Positions 8,016-17,500 of a stretch of DNA of 64,000 nucleotides are shown in pieces. Made by a program: the position numbers and the translations under genes. This stretch comes from Terriglobia bacterium (GTDB taxonomy: Bacteria; Acidobacteriota; Terriglobia; Bryobacterales; UBA6623): contig VXRL01000051.1 of the NCBI GenBank assembly GCA_009838515.1, positions 16,814 through 80,813 of the forward strand, read 5' to 3'. Each line of letters begins with the position of its first letter. Position 1 is the first letter of the stretch. The notes beneath the pieces are model-generated. The model was given only the letters and a program-made list of their open reading frames with translations, had not been told where the DNA came from and made no database searches.

Positions 8016-9590
8016 GTGACTGCGAGCGCCGAAGTAATTGCGAGTACCGTTGCATTGGGTCTGTTGGCAGGACCACTGGCAGCGGCCACACAACCGCTTC
8101 GGCCCCATGTGCTGCTGGTCTATACCGATGACCAAGGTTACGGAGACGTCAGCGCTCTCAACCCTGAGTCAAAATTCCAAACCCCGAGCCTAGACCGGCT
8201 GGTCCGCGAAGGCATGGCTTTCACCGACGCCCACTCCTCCGACACGGTATGCACGCCGTCGCGATACGGCCTCCTGACCGGTCGCTACAGCTGGCGGACC
8301 GGAATGAAGAGAGGCGTTATGGGAGCTGAAGGAAAGGGGCTCATCGCGGAGGGCAGAACTACGCTGGCTTCCTTGCTCCGGGACGCGGGCTACCGGACAG
8401 CGATGGTCGGCAAATGGCACTTGGGCATGACCTTCCACGGCAAGAAGGGGAGCCGCGACTGGTCTCGCCCCGTGCTCGATGGTCCCGTCGACAAGGGATT
8501 CGATTACTTCTATGGGATCCCGGCCTCGATGAACTACGGAGTGCTCACCTACATCGAAAACCGTCGCGTCCTCGATCCTCCCTCGCTATGGACCCGAAAG
8601 AAACCGAATCAGATCGCCATCGCTGACTACCGGATCACTCCTCCTTACGAACACTCCAGAGCCGGCGGAGAACTGGAGGTCGCTCCAAGCTTCGACGACC
8701 AACAGGTTCTGACCGTCTTTACCGAGCGGGCAGTCCAATGGATCGACGACTTCGCATCAGACAACTCTGACGAACCATTCTTCCTGTACTTGGCCTATAC
8801 GTCCCCGCACAAGCCCGTGATCCCGATCACAGAATTCCAAGGGAAATCGGAGGCCGGAGCTTATGGCGATTTCATGAGGGAAACGGACGCACACATCGGG
8901 AGCCTGCTCGATGCCCTGGACCGAAATGACCTGACGCGAGACACGCTCGTGCTGGTGACGAGCGATAACGGCCCTGAAACGACCTACCGAGAGCGATTGA
9001 AGCGATTTGGCCACGCGAGTGCTGGCAAGTTACGGGGCGGCAAGCGTGACCTGTACGAAGGCGGGCATCGGGTGCCATTCATCGTGCGCTGGCCGGCCGT
9101 CACGAAACCCGCGCAACGTTCCTCTGATCTCGTGTGCCAGACTGACGTGCTAGCAACCATTGCCGACGTAATAGGCCGAGAGCTCGGGCCAGATGAGGCT
9201 GAGGATAGCGTGAGCTTCCTACCGATCCTGCAGGGCGAGCAGCGTCCGCCTCGCCCGCCTGTCATTCACCACTCCGCAGCAGGCTACTTCGCCATTCGGC
9301 ACGGGCGCTGGAAGCTCAACATGATTCGGGGTTCAGGTGGAAGCCTAGCTCCCCGCTTTGTGGAGGCCAAGCCGGGCGAGCCGCAGTTCGAGCTGTACGA
9401 TCTCGCAGCCGACTTAGCCGAAACAAACGACATGACCGGTCGAGAACCGACCGTGGCCGCACGATTGCGTGAGGAAATCACCCGAATCGTCACCAGCGGC
9501 CGCAGCAATACAGGGCCAACCGTTGGCAACGATGGAGCGCAATGGTGGAAGGAGTTGACGTGGCTCGAATCGAACGCCAGCGAGCACTGA
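8016..9590 (+). CDS. Arylsulfatase-family sulfatase, secreted
   Basis: GTG start with GGGAGGG 8 nt upstream. Signal ALGLLAGPLAAA. HVLLVYTDDQGYGDVS, TVCTPSRYGLLTGRY (C-x-P-x-R), GKWHLG, VTSDNGPE, GGKRDLYEGGHRVPF. Confidence 0.9.
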   Translation: MTASAEVIASTVALGLLAGPLAAATQPLRPHVLLVYTDDQGYGDVSALNPESKFQTPSLDRLVREGMAFTDAHSSDTVCTPSRYGLLTGRYSWRTGMKRGVMGAEGKGLIAEGRTTLASLLRDAGYRTAMVGKWHLGMTFHGKKGSRDWSRPVLDGPVDKGFDYFYGIPASMNYGVLTYIENRRVLDPPSLWTRKKPNQIAIADYRITPPYEHSRAGGELEVAPSFDDQQVLTVFTERAVQWIDDFASDNSDEPFFLYLAYTSPHKPVIPITEFQGKSEAGAYGDFMRETDAHIGSLLDALDRNDLTRDTLVLVTSDNGPETTYRERLKRFGHASAGKLRGGKRDLYEGGHRVPFIVRWPAVTKPAQRSSDLVCQTDVLATIADVIGRELGPDEAEDSVSFLPILQGEQRPPRPPVIHHSAAGYFAIRHGRWKLNMIRGSGGSLAPRFVEAKPGEPQFELYDLAADLAETNDMTGREPTVAARLREEITRIVTSGRSNTGPTVGNDGAQWWKELTWLESNASEH

Positions 9591-9955
9591 GCTCACGGGC
9601 TGCCACACGATCACAGGAATGCAGGGAAGCTCCGATCGGTGTAATCCGATGTTCGCCGGCTCCGACATGGAGCGGATCTGCAATTCGGACCGCCGCCGCA
9701 GGTCACTATCTGAGCGATGAGAGACTCTGGTTCAGTCTCCCTCGCTAGCCTGCAAAGCCGCCTCGACCACCGCAGTCTGGATCCTCCCGCTTCGGGACAA
9801 GAACGACAGCTCTTGCGTGTTGTGGAGCGCCAACCGCTGATTTCCGCACCAAGGCTGAAACCTTGAGGAGACCTCGAGCCGTCAAACCGCTTGAGCGCAA
9901 ACGGCCAAGTGTCGATGCCCGCTTTTCGCGGAACTTCAGAAAGGAGAACTAAGCG

Positions 9956-10303
9956 ATGAGACGTTACATGCTGATCGCAGCGGTGGCGGGCATGACTGTC
10001 CAGCCATTGACGCCGCTGCCATTGCCGGTCAAGCAGACCGGACGCGACCGAGTTCTGGGTATGGTCGGGCGAACCGCTTCGACGGGTTGCGCGGTCGACG
10101 CCCCCTTCGCAAGTGTGGGTGTCTGGGACGCTCCAACTGTCGACAGCAGCAATCGGGCACCTCTTGCAGATGCCCGGCAGAGGACACGGGCATTGCACGA
10201 CCGCTGTGTTCCAAGGCGGGAGTGCTTCACTACCCGAAGCCCCGTCCGCACCAGCAGGGACCCAGACAGCCGTTTCCGGACGCCCACATTCTTGGGCAGG
10301 TGA
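9956..10303 (+). CDS. Hypothetical small protein (possibly a decayed gene remnant)
   Basis: ATG preceded by a strong AAAGGAGAA RBS (8-nt spacing). The N-terminus MRRYMLIAAVAGMTVQP is signal-like. The remainder is Arg/Pro-rich with poor coding character and no recognisable family. Confidence 0.25.
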   Translation: MRRYMLIAAVAGMTVQPLTPLPLPVKQTGRDRVLGMVGRTASTGCAVDAPFASVGVWDAPTVDSSNRAPLADARQRTRALHDRCVPRRECFTTRSPVRTSRDPDSRFRTPTFLGR

Positions 10304-10630
10304 CGCCCGGGGACGCAAGCGACTCAGTAGCGCCTACCAACGAGCGCCCTGTCTTCCGACGCGCACTCGCCGCAGAGCCCCGTTGCGTCGACTAGCTGCT
10401 GGGGGGGCATCCTAGGCCTTGCTGCTTCCACCGCCGGCGTTGCTTTTTGGGAGTCTTGGCGCTAGGGAGCCCGAACCCCTCTGGTAGGCATTCGCCGGCA
10501 CATAGAAGGCATGCAATATCATTGATGAACCATGCGACCAACTATGTCCTTGTCGCACCGCCGCCACCGATCGTTCCCCGTCGGCAGTGGGGGCTCTCAG
10601 CTCAAATCCAGCTTGTCAGATCGTCGCGAG

Positions 10631-12205
10631 ATGAGTTCAAAGCGACCCTGCGATGCCAGGAACTCGCTTCCTCGGACGGGCAACGCGTCGTTGTCGATCC
10701 TCCGGCAGTCCCCTGCTCCGCGATGGCTCGCGGTCTTGTTGGGCGTTGCTTCCATGGTTGGATGCACCCCACGAGAGGAACTCGCCCCGCCCAACTTCTT
10801 GATCCTCATGTCCGACAACCACTCTTGGAATCACCTCGGATGCTACGGCGACGCGACGGTCACGACACCGAATATCGACAAGCTGGCGGAAGAGGGCGTA
10901 CGCTTCGCGCACGCCTATTGTCCGTCCCCGTCATGCACTCCCGCTCGCGCGGCCATGCTGACCGGCCAAGACATCTGGCGGCTCGAAGAGGGCGCCAACC
11001 TTTGGGGAACGATGCCCAGTCATTTCGCGGTGTACACCGACCTGCTCGAGCAAGCCGGCTATCTCGTGGGCTACGAGGGCAAGGGCTGGGGGCCGGGAGA
11101 CCACGAGGCCGGAGGATGGACTCGGAATCCCGCCGGCCAGCGGTACGGATCATTCGAGGAGTTCTACAACGAGCGCGAGCGCGGCCAGCCCTTCTGCTAC
11201 TGGTTCAGTTCGCGGGACCCGCATCGGCCGTACCGCGCCGGCGGCGGCGAGAAAGCAGGCTACGATCTCGAATCGATCGCCGTCCCTCCCTATCTGCCAG
11301 ACGATCCCGCCGTGCGAGGCGACATCGCAGACTACTACGCCGAGATCGAGCATTTCGACGGCGAGGTTGGCGAACATCTCGGATTGCTGTCCGAGTACGG
11401 GGCTACGGAAGACACTGTTGTGATCGTCGTTAGCGACAACGGCTGGCAAATGCCCCGGGGGCTGGCAAACCTATACGATTCGGGCACGCGCCTGCCTCTG
11501 ATCGTGTCGATGCCGCAACGGTTTCCGGGCGGCCGCGTGGTGGAAGACTTTGTTAGCCTGACCGATTTCGCGCCGACGATCCTTGACTTGGCAGGCTTGC
11601 CCATTCCCGGCGATATGACTGCGAGCAGCTTTGGGCCGATCCTGGCTTCGAGCCAGCAAGGACTCGTCGATCCGCAGCGCTCGTTCGTCGTGACCGCCAG
11701 AGAACGGCATGCGTTCGTCAGACAGGGAGGCCCGGGATATCCAGCGAGGGCGCTGCGGACGCGCGACCACCTATACATCCGGAACTATGCGCCGGAGCTG
11801 TGGCCAGCGGGAGATCCGCCGCTGTACGGAGACGTGGACGCTCACATGCTCCAATTCCCCTCGCCGACGAAGATGTTCCTCTTGCAACGGCCCGACGACC
11901 CCGAGTATCGATCCCTGTTCGATCTCGCGTTCGCAAAGCGACCTGCCGAGGAGCTCTACGATCTCGCGACCGACCCATATCAGATGAATAACGTCGCTAA
12001 GGATCCTGTGTACGAATCGACCCGGGCAGAGCTGTCCGCCCGGTTGCAGGAATACCTTCGAAGCGCCGCAGATCCGCGAGAGGTCGGTGGCCCGATGAAA
12101 TGGGAACAGGCCCAATACTTCAAGGAGAGCGATTTGAGGCCTGAGCCAAGCCCAGAGGCAATCGATGCGCTCGGCCTCGACGACCGCTACAGCTATATCG
12201 ACTAG
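10631..12205 (+). CDS. Sulfatase-family protein, lipoprotein-type signal
   Basis: Trimmed to the ATG at 10631 (MSSKRP...WLAVLLGVASMVGC lipobox). NFLILMSDNHSWNHLGCYG, PSPSCTPARAAMLTGQ (C-x-P-x-R), VVSDNGW. Confidence 0.85.
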   Translation: MSSKRPCDARNSLPRTGNASLSILRQSPAPRWLAVLLGVASMVGCTPREELAPPNFLILMSDNHSWNHLGCYGDATVTTPNIDKLAEEGVRFAHAYCPSPSCTPARAAMLTGQDIWRLEEGANLWGTMPSHFAVYTDLLEQAGYLVGYEGKGWGPGDHEAGGWTRNPAGQRYGSFEEFYNERERGQPFCYWFSSRDPHRPYRAGGGEKAGYDLESIAVPPYLPDDPAVRGDIADYYAEIEHFDGEVGEHLGLLSEYGATEDTVVIVVSDNGWQMPRGLANLYDSGTRLPLIVSMPQRFPGGRVVEDFVSLTDFAPTILDLAGLPIPGDMTASSFGPILASSQQGLVDPQRSFVVTARERHAFVRQGGPGYPARALRTRDHLYIRNYAPELWPAGDPPLYGDVDAHMLQFPSPTKMFLLQRPDDPEYRSLFDLAFAKRPAEELYDLATDPYQMNNVAKDPVYESTRAELSARLQEYLRSAADPREVGGPMKWEQAQYFKESDLRPEPSPEAIDALGLDDRYSYID

Positions 12206-12311
12206 CAGGTCCCTCGAGATGCATCGTTCACGCGCCTACTGTCGCGCAGCCAGTTGCTCGGGAGAGCAATCTGCGTCATCACCCGGCGGCTCGCGGAAGT
12301 AGCACGTAAGC

Positions 12312-13859
12312 CTAGTTGCCGTTTCGGCGGCCAGCGGGGGCGTGCCCGCGGCCGCGCATCACCGAGAGCTCTGCCTGATCCAAGAGCCCGTCGCGGTTGG
12401 TGTCGAGTTGCCCGAAGCGCCGCTCAATTTGGGGCGGGACTTCCTCGATGCTGAGCTGGCCGTTTCCATCAGCGTCCCACCGTGCCAAGCCGCCAAGGCC
12501 CCGTGCGGGCCTGTTGCGCCCGACGTCCCGCTGCATCATGGCTTCGATCTCCGACGGTTCGAGATGGCCGTCTCCATCCCTGTCCATGCGGTCGAAATTC
12601 CGTCGCATTTGCTCGGGAAGTTCCTCGCGAGTCAACCGATTGTCTCCATCCGTATCCCTGGCCACGAGTCTCTCGACGGACCGCTGAGGGCCGAGTCCAC
12701 CGCCCGCCCCTCTTGGACCACCGCCCCGTCCGGGCCTGCCCCCTGGGCCTCGGCCTGGCCCGGTGCGGTTGAAATCCATCCGGCCTGACCTGACCCGCCC
12801 GGCATCGCGGTCTACCTCCCAGATAATCAAATACTCTTGAGTGACCGGCCTGCACCACGTATCCGTGCAAGCGAAGTAACGGAATCTCATTCCCAGCGGC
12901 TCTTGCGAATCCCCACGCTTCACGTGAACAAGGAATTCGCGCGGGTCCGCATCGGCATCTTCCTCGACCTTCGGCCCTTGCAACTTCGCCGGAGTGATCC
13001 TTACTCCCTCGGAGGCAGAGAGTTCTACGTCCATCGCCGGTGCCAAGTTGTTCCAATGCACCCCGTGAAGCGGGTCTAGAAGGAAGGCTAGATAGAGCTT
13101 CCCCTCGCCTGACCGGAGCAGGTCCTGGTCGGCCTCTGCGCGCAGCTTGGTATAGAACGGCTCGTCTGTCTTCGCAAGCTGAGGTCTTGATATCAGGGTG
13201 CGATAGGTGCCTGGCTTTTCGATGCGGGGAACCACGCCGGTCTTGGCATGCTCCGGCGCCGGCATGATTTGCATGTTTAGGTCCGATACCTCGGTTGGGT
13301 TTTCAACCGGCCCGACAAATTCTGCCAGATCCCTCCGTAACTGATCCGGGTCGCTCCAAGCGCGGGCCCGCAGAATCCGGCCCTCGGGATCGAGCACGTA
13401 TTCGGAGTTCTGGCGGTTGCCGAGCGCATGCTTCAACTCATTCGCCATGTTGTCGGCAATCCAAGCGATCTCCGACCCCAAGACTCGCCTGGCCTCCTCG
13501 ACGTGCATCAGGCGTTCCTCGAGAGTGATCGGGTTGACGTAGCCGTTCAGTTCGGGGTGCGCCAGCGCCTTGTAGAGGTAAAGGAACCGGACACCCTTGG
13601 GCGCGTAGTCGCGATAGACAGTCTCCAACCTGGGGACGTTACGAATGAAGGGCGGTCACGTCAAGCACCCGTTGACGAGGACCGTATACTGCCCTGTCAG
13701 GCTCTTCGTGTTGAATGGCTTGCCGATCGCATCGTAGACCTCAAGCGCCGGGAACGGATCTCCCGGTCCGAGCGGCATCGGCCTCTGCGACTGGGCCATG
13801 CCGACCGCTGTCGAAACTGCTAGTGCCAATACCAGAACGGCAACGCGCGAACGGTTCAT
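12312..13859 (-). CDS. Secreted deiodinase-like thioredoxin-fold protein with in-frame TGA (candidate selenocysteine, codon 68), a DsbD-N-like middle region and four C-terminal EF-hands
   Basis: ATG at 13859 with AAGGAGG upstream and signal peptide MNRSRVAVLVLALAVSTAVGMAQ. Track ORFs 13656..14114 and 12312..13628 are in the same frame, separated by one TGA (13658..13656). The read-through sequence is VLVNGCLT-U-PPFIRN...FLYLYKALAHPE. C-terminal EF-hand loops: DTDGDNRLTREE, DRDGDGHLEPSE, DADGNGQLSIEE, DTNRDGLLDQAE. 515 codons if read through. Confidence 0.65.
13621..13637 (-). promoter_or_regulatory. Candidate bacterial SECIS hairpin downstream of the in-frame TGA
   Basis: The mRNA segment GUCCCCAGGUUGGAGAC begins 18 nt after the UGA. 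GUC/GAC and CC/GG pair around a C.A mismatch and close an AGGUU loop. AC/GU can extend the stem across a bulged U. Judged by hand only. Confidence 0.35.
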
Positions 13860-14111
13860 TGCAAGCGATCCCTCCTTGCAGTTAACACCAACCCGGCCGT
13901 CGGCTTCGTGAAGAGCCGGTAAAACCTTGCCGCTGCGTATACCAATCCCAAGGGATCTGGCATGAAATGCATGATGCACCGCCCCCAGCTCCTGAATGTC
14001 AGCCGGAGCCGGGCACGTATGCCCGCGGCCCTGGGCCGGGTTGCGGACGCGCGAGGAAACAGCCTTGGCAGCAAAGAGAGCCCTCCCCGCATAGCGATTT
14101 TCCACCTCGAG

Positions 14112-14398
14112 CACGTGAGGCCGGAGGATGGACTCGCGATCCCGCCAGCTAGCGATGCGGATCGTTCGAGCAATTCTACGACCGGCGCGAGTGCGGCCAG
14201 CCCCTCTGCTACTGGTTCAGTTCGCCGGACCCGCGCCTCCTGCGGCGAGCGAGCAGGTGGCAATCCCGAATCGATCGCCGTCCCTCCGTACCTGTCAAAC
14301 GACCCCGCCGTGCAGGGTGACATCGCAGGCTACTACGCCGAGATCGAGCACTTCGATGGCGAGGTTGGTGAACATCTCGGACAGCTGGACGCAGGGCG
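14112..14398 (+). pseudogene. Decayed internal fragment of a sulfatase gene (paralogous to 11102..11392)
   Basis: About 290 nt align by eye to the interior of the sulfatase at 10631..12205. Example: GAGGCCGGAGGATGGACTCG...CAGCCC(C/T)TCTGCTACTGGTTCAGTTCGC...GAATCGATCGCCGTCCCTCC...TACTACGCCGAGATCGAGCA(C/T)TTCGA(T/C)GGCGAGGTTGG. The peptide ESIAVPPYLSNDPAVQGDIAGYYAEIEHFDGEVGEHLGQL compares with ESIAVPPYLPDDPAVRGDIADYYAEIEHFDGEVGEHLGLL. The copy carries indels and an in-frame TAG, and lacks both gene ends. Confidence 0.7.
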
Positions 14399-14459
14399 TG
14401 TTCGACGGAAACGCGGCGCTCTTGCATGCAATTCCGCATTCCCACTGACACTGTAGAAG

Positions 14460-14487
14460 AGCCCCGCCGACTCTCGTCGGCGGGGCT
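14460..14487 (-). terminator. Hairpin terminator downstream of the TonB-dependent receptor gene
   Basis: Perfect 11-bp GC-rich stem AGCCCCGCCGA / TCGGCGGGGCT with a 6-nt loop, 33 nt beyond the stop of the minus-strand gene ending at 14520. On the minus strand it is followed by CTTCT, a weak U-tract. Confidence 0.55.
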
Positions 14488-14519
14488 CGTGATTGATCTC
14501 GCTCTACGGCGCTACGTTC

Positions 14520-17500
14520 CTAGAACTCGTAGCGCAAGGCGAACTGGATCTGTCGCGGCTCCAGCTGTAGCCTGAAGATCCGGGCTACGGAGCCTGACGC
14601 CAGCGTGTCGTTTCTGTTGCTGCCGGGCTTGCGGAAGTGAGTCTTGTTGAACATGTTGAAGAACTCGCCCCGCAAGATCAGCCTGTGCCCTTCGGCCACT
14701 TGGAACTGCTTCGCGATCGAGACGTCCCAAGAATTGATACCTTGCGCCTCGACGATGTTAGCCCCCGAATTGCCGTAGTTAAACTGCTGCGGAAACTGGA
14801 AGCAGTCCACCTTGTACCACTGCTCGGCGGTCTTGGGTCCGTTGTTCGGATCGCACGTCACATCGGGCCTCTGGTAAGACCGCCCGACATTGGCGATATC
14901 CCTGCCCGACAGCACGCCCACCGGCGGCCCGGTGTTGAACCGAGTGAACCCCTCGATCGCCCAGCCGCCCAGGAACGCGTCAGCGGCGGCGTTCAAGTCT
15001 CCGCCCCAGCGACGGCCCCGTCCGAACGGCAGGTCCCACTGGTAGGCGATCTGGAACACGTGCTGCAGGTCCCAGCTCGACCTTGACCAATCGTTCCGGA
15101 TGTTGAACGGATCCTGCGTCTTCCATTCGGCGAGCGAGGACTGCTCGTCCATGGCCTTGGACCAGGTGTAGTTCATTCGAAATCCGAATCCGCTCCCGAA
15201 GCGCTTGTTCATCTCGACCTGGAGGGCGTTGTACAGGCCTCCGAAACGATTGAACCCGCCGTCAACATTGCCGAAGTCCGGCATCAACCGACGAGGCTGA
15301 ATCGGGCCCGGCCCCGGGGTGAGGGGCGTGTTGACCGCCGTGTAACCGATCTGCTTCCGGCTGGAGGAGCCTACATAGCCGACATTCAGCGAAAGTTGAT
15401 CGACCAACTCGCGCTGGATGAAGAAGTTCCACTGGGCCGAGTAAGGCGAGCGATTGGTCGGCTGCTGCGGCCAGCCGCCGATGGCCGCGGTGGAGGAGTA
15501 CGGCGGTCCCGGATTGTCCGCAAAGAAGGTCGGCACGGGATTCTCTGGATTTACGGCGTTAACCGTGGCGACCTGCTGCGGAGTGTAGGGCCAGAACTTG
15601 CGCAAGTCCTGCAATTCCTGAACGAACGTCGAGTTGTAGAACACGCCCACACCAGTGCGCACCACTGTCTTGTCGTCGACCTGGTAGGCGATTCCCGCGC
15701 GCGGGCCGATGTTGTTGCGGTCCGGGAACATCAGCGCCCGCGTAGTTCCCAGCCTCTTCGCCGGCTGGTTCCGCTCGCCGGTCTCCGGCTCGATCTCAGG
15801 GTTGACGGTGGACCACATCAGCCGCCCGAGATTCCCGGTCGCCGGGTTAGGAGTAATCCAGAGATTGCCCAGCTGGTCTGTGGTGTCGTAGGGAGGGTTG
15901 TTGTACTCGTACCGCATCCCTATGTTCACGGTTAGCTTGGAGGTGACCCGCCAGTCGTCTTGGAAGAAAAACTGCCAAGCATTGATTCGACCATTCGTGA
16001 TGGTCTCGCCAGTCGAGCGCCGGAACTGCCTAGGGGTGCCGAGCAGCATCGACGCTGTGCTGAACCCGGAACCCGGATCGTTGTAGAGCGAGGTGAGGTC
16101 GCCGTTGAACCACAGGTTCCCGTTCATCGGGTTGGACGTGTTTGTGTAAAAGTGCCGACGGCTGTAATTGACCCCGAACTTGATCGAGTGATTGCCGGCA
16201 TTCGTCGCATAGTTGGAAATGAACTGCCAGACCTTGTCCCCTGTGTTCGTTCCACCGCCGCCCGCGCTGAACTCGCCGTCAGAACTCATGTTCGGAATCG
16301 GCTCGCACAGCACCTCCCGTTGGAACATCTGAATTCCGGTTTGGTCAAGAAAGTCGCCCCGGTTGATCTTGGAATTCAACGTGCAGTTCGGATTCCACGG
16401 AGCGTTGTAGCCAAACCGGACCTCCAAGATCGAGGACGGATTGACTAGGCGCGTCCACTGGGCGGACAAGTTGCGCACGTCGAAGTCGTTCTCGCGAGAG
16501 AGGTACGGGTTGGAACTCGGGGAGAAGGTGGAAACGTTCTGGTGCAGATAGCGCACGTTGAACGAGTCCTTGCCCCCGGTATTGTGGTCCCCGCGCATCA
16601 CGACGAAATCCCGGTCATTCGACGCCTTGGTGGTGTTGCTGTAGTTCTGAGTCAGCTTGCCCGGGATATTCGGAAGCGGGATCATGATGTCCAAGTACGT
16701 CGTGATCGCCGGGTGATGCATCGACTGTGGAATCGCATTGTTCTGGAATTGCTCACGGACAATGTTTCCGTCGGCGTCCGCCGTGCCGGTAAACGGATCG
16801 TAGATCCTCTGGGCCAGCTCGGAGAAGTCTCCCCTGCGCTGGAGGTCGGTGGGGAAGTTCGCGAGCGCGTTGTTGCCGCGCCGGCGCGCGAAGCCCTCGT
16901 AATTCACGAACCAGAAGGTGCTGTCCCGGAGGCCAGGAACCGGGCCGCCGAAAGCCGCGCCGTACTGATTCTGTGCGAATGCGACCTTGCCTGTGCCGGA
17001 GCGGTTGGCGAAGAAGTCATTGGCATCGAAATTATCGTTGCGCACGTACCAGTAGGCCGAACCGTGCAGATCCCGGGAACCGGACTTGATCGCGATGTTG
17101 ACGTTAGCTCCCATGGAACGCCCGAACTCCGCGTTGTTGTTGGTGGCGACGCGGAACTCTTGGATGGCGTCCATCGGCGGAGAGCCGCCGGGAGAGTTCA
17201 TCATCATCATGTTGTTGTCAACGCCGTCCATCGTGAAGTTGTTGTCTTGCGGACGGGCACCGTTGACCGAAATCAGGAACGTCCCAGACTGCGTGCCTCT
17301 CGACTGGCTGTAGGTCATGCCGCTGGTTCCGGGCATCATCAGAATCAGGCGTGTGTAGTTGCGCCCGTTCACCGGGATGCGCTCGATCTCAGTGGTCGTG
17401 ACGGTGCCACCCACCGAGGCGTCCTGTGTCTGTAGCACCGGGATCTGGCCGGTGACCTCAACCGTCTCGGTCACTTGGCCGAGTTCGAGAGATAGATCGA

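Noticed and set aside
12206-12311. Short hairpin TTGCTC-GGGA-GAGCAA (about 12255..12270) between the convergent sulfatase and the candidate selenoprotein gene, considered as a bidirectional terminator.
   Set aside because: It has only 6 bp and no U-run on either strand. I left it uncalled.
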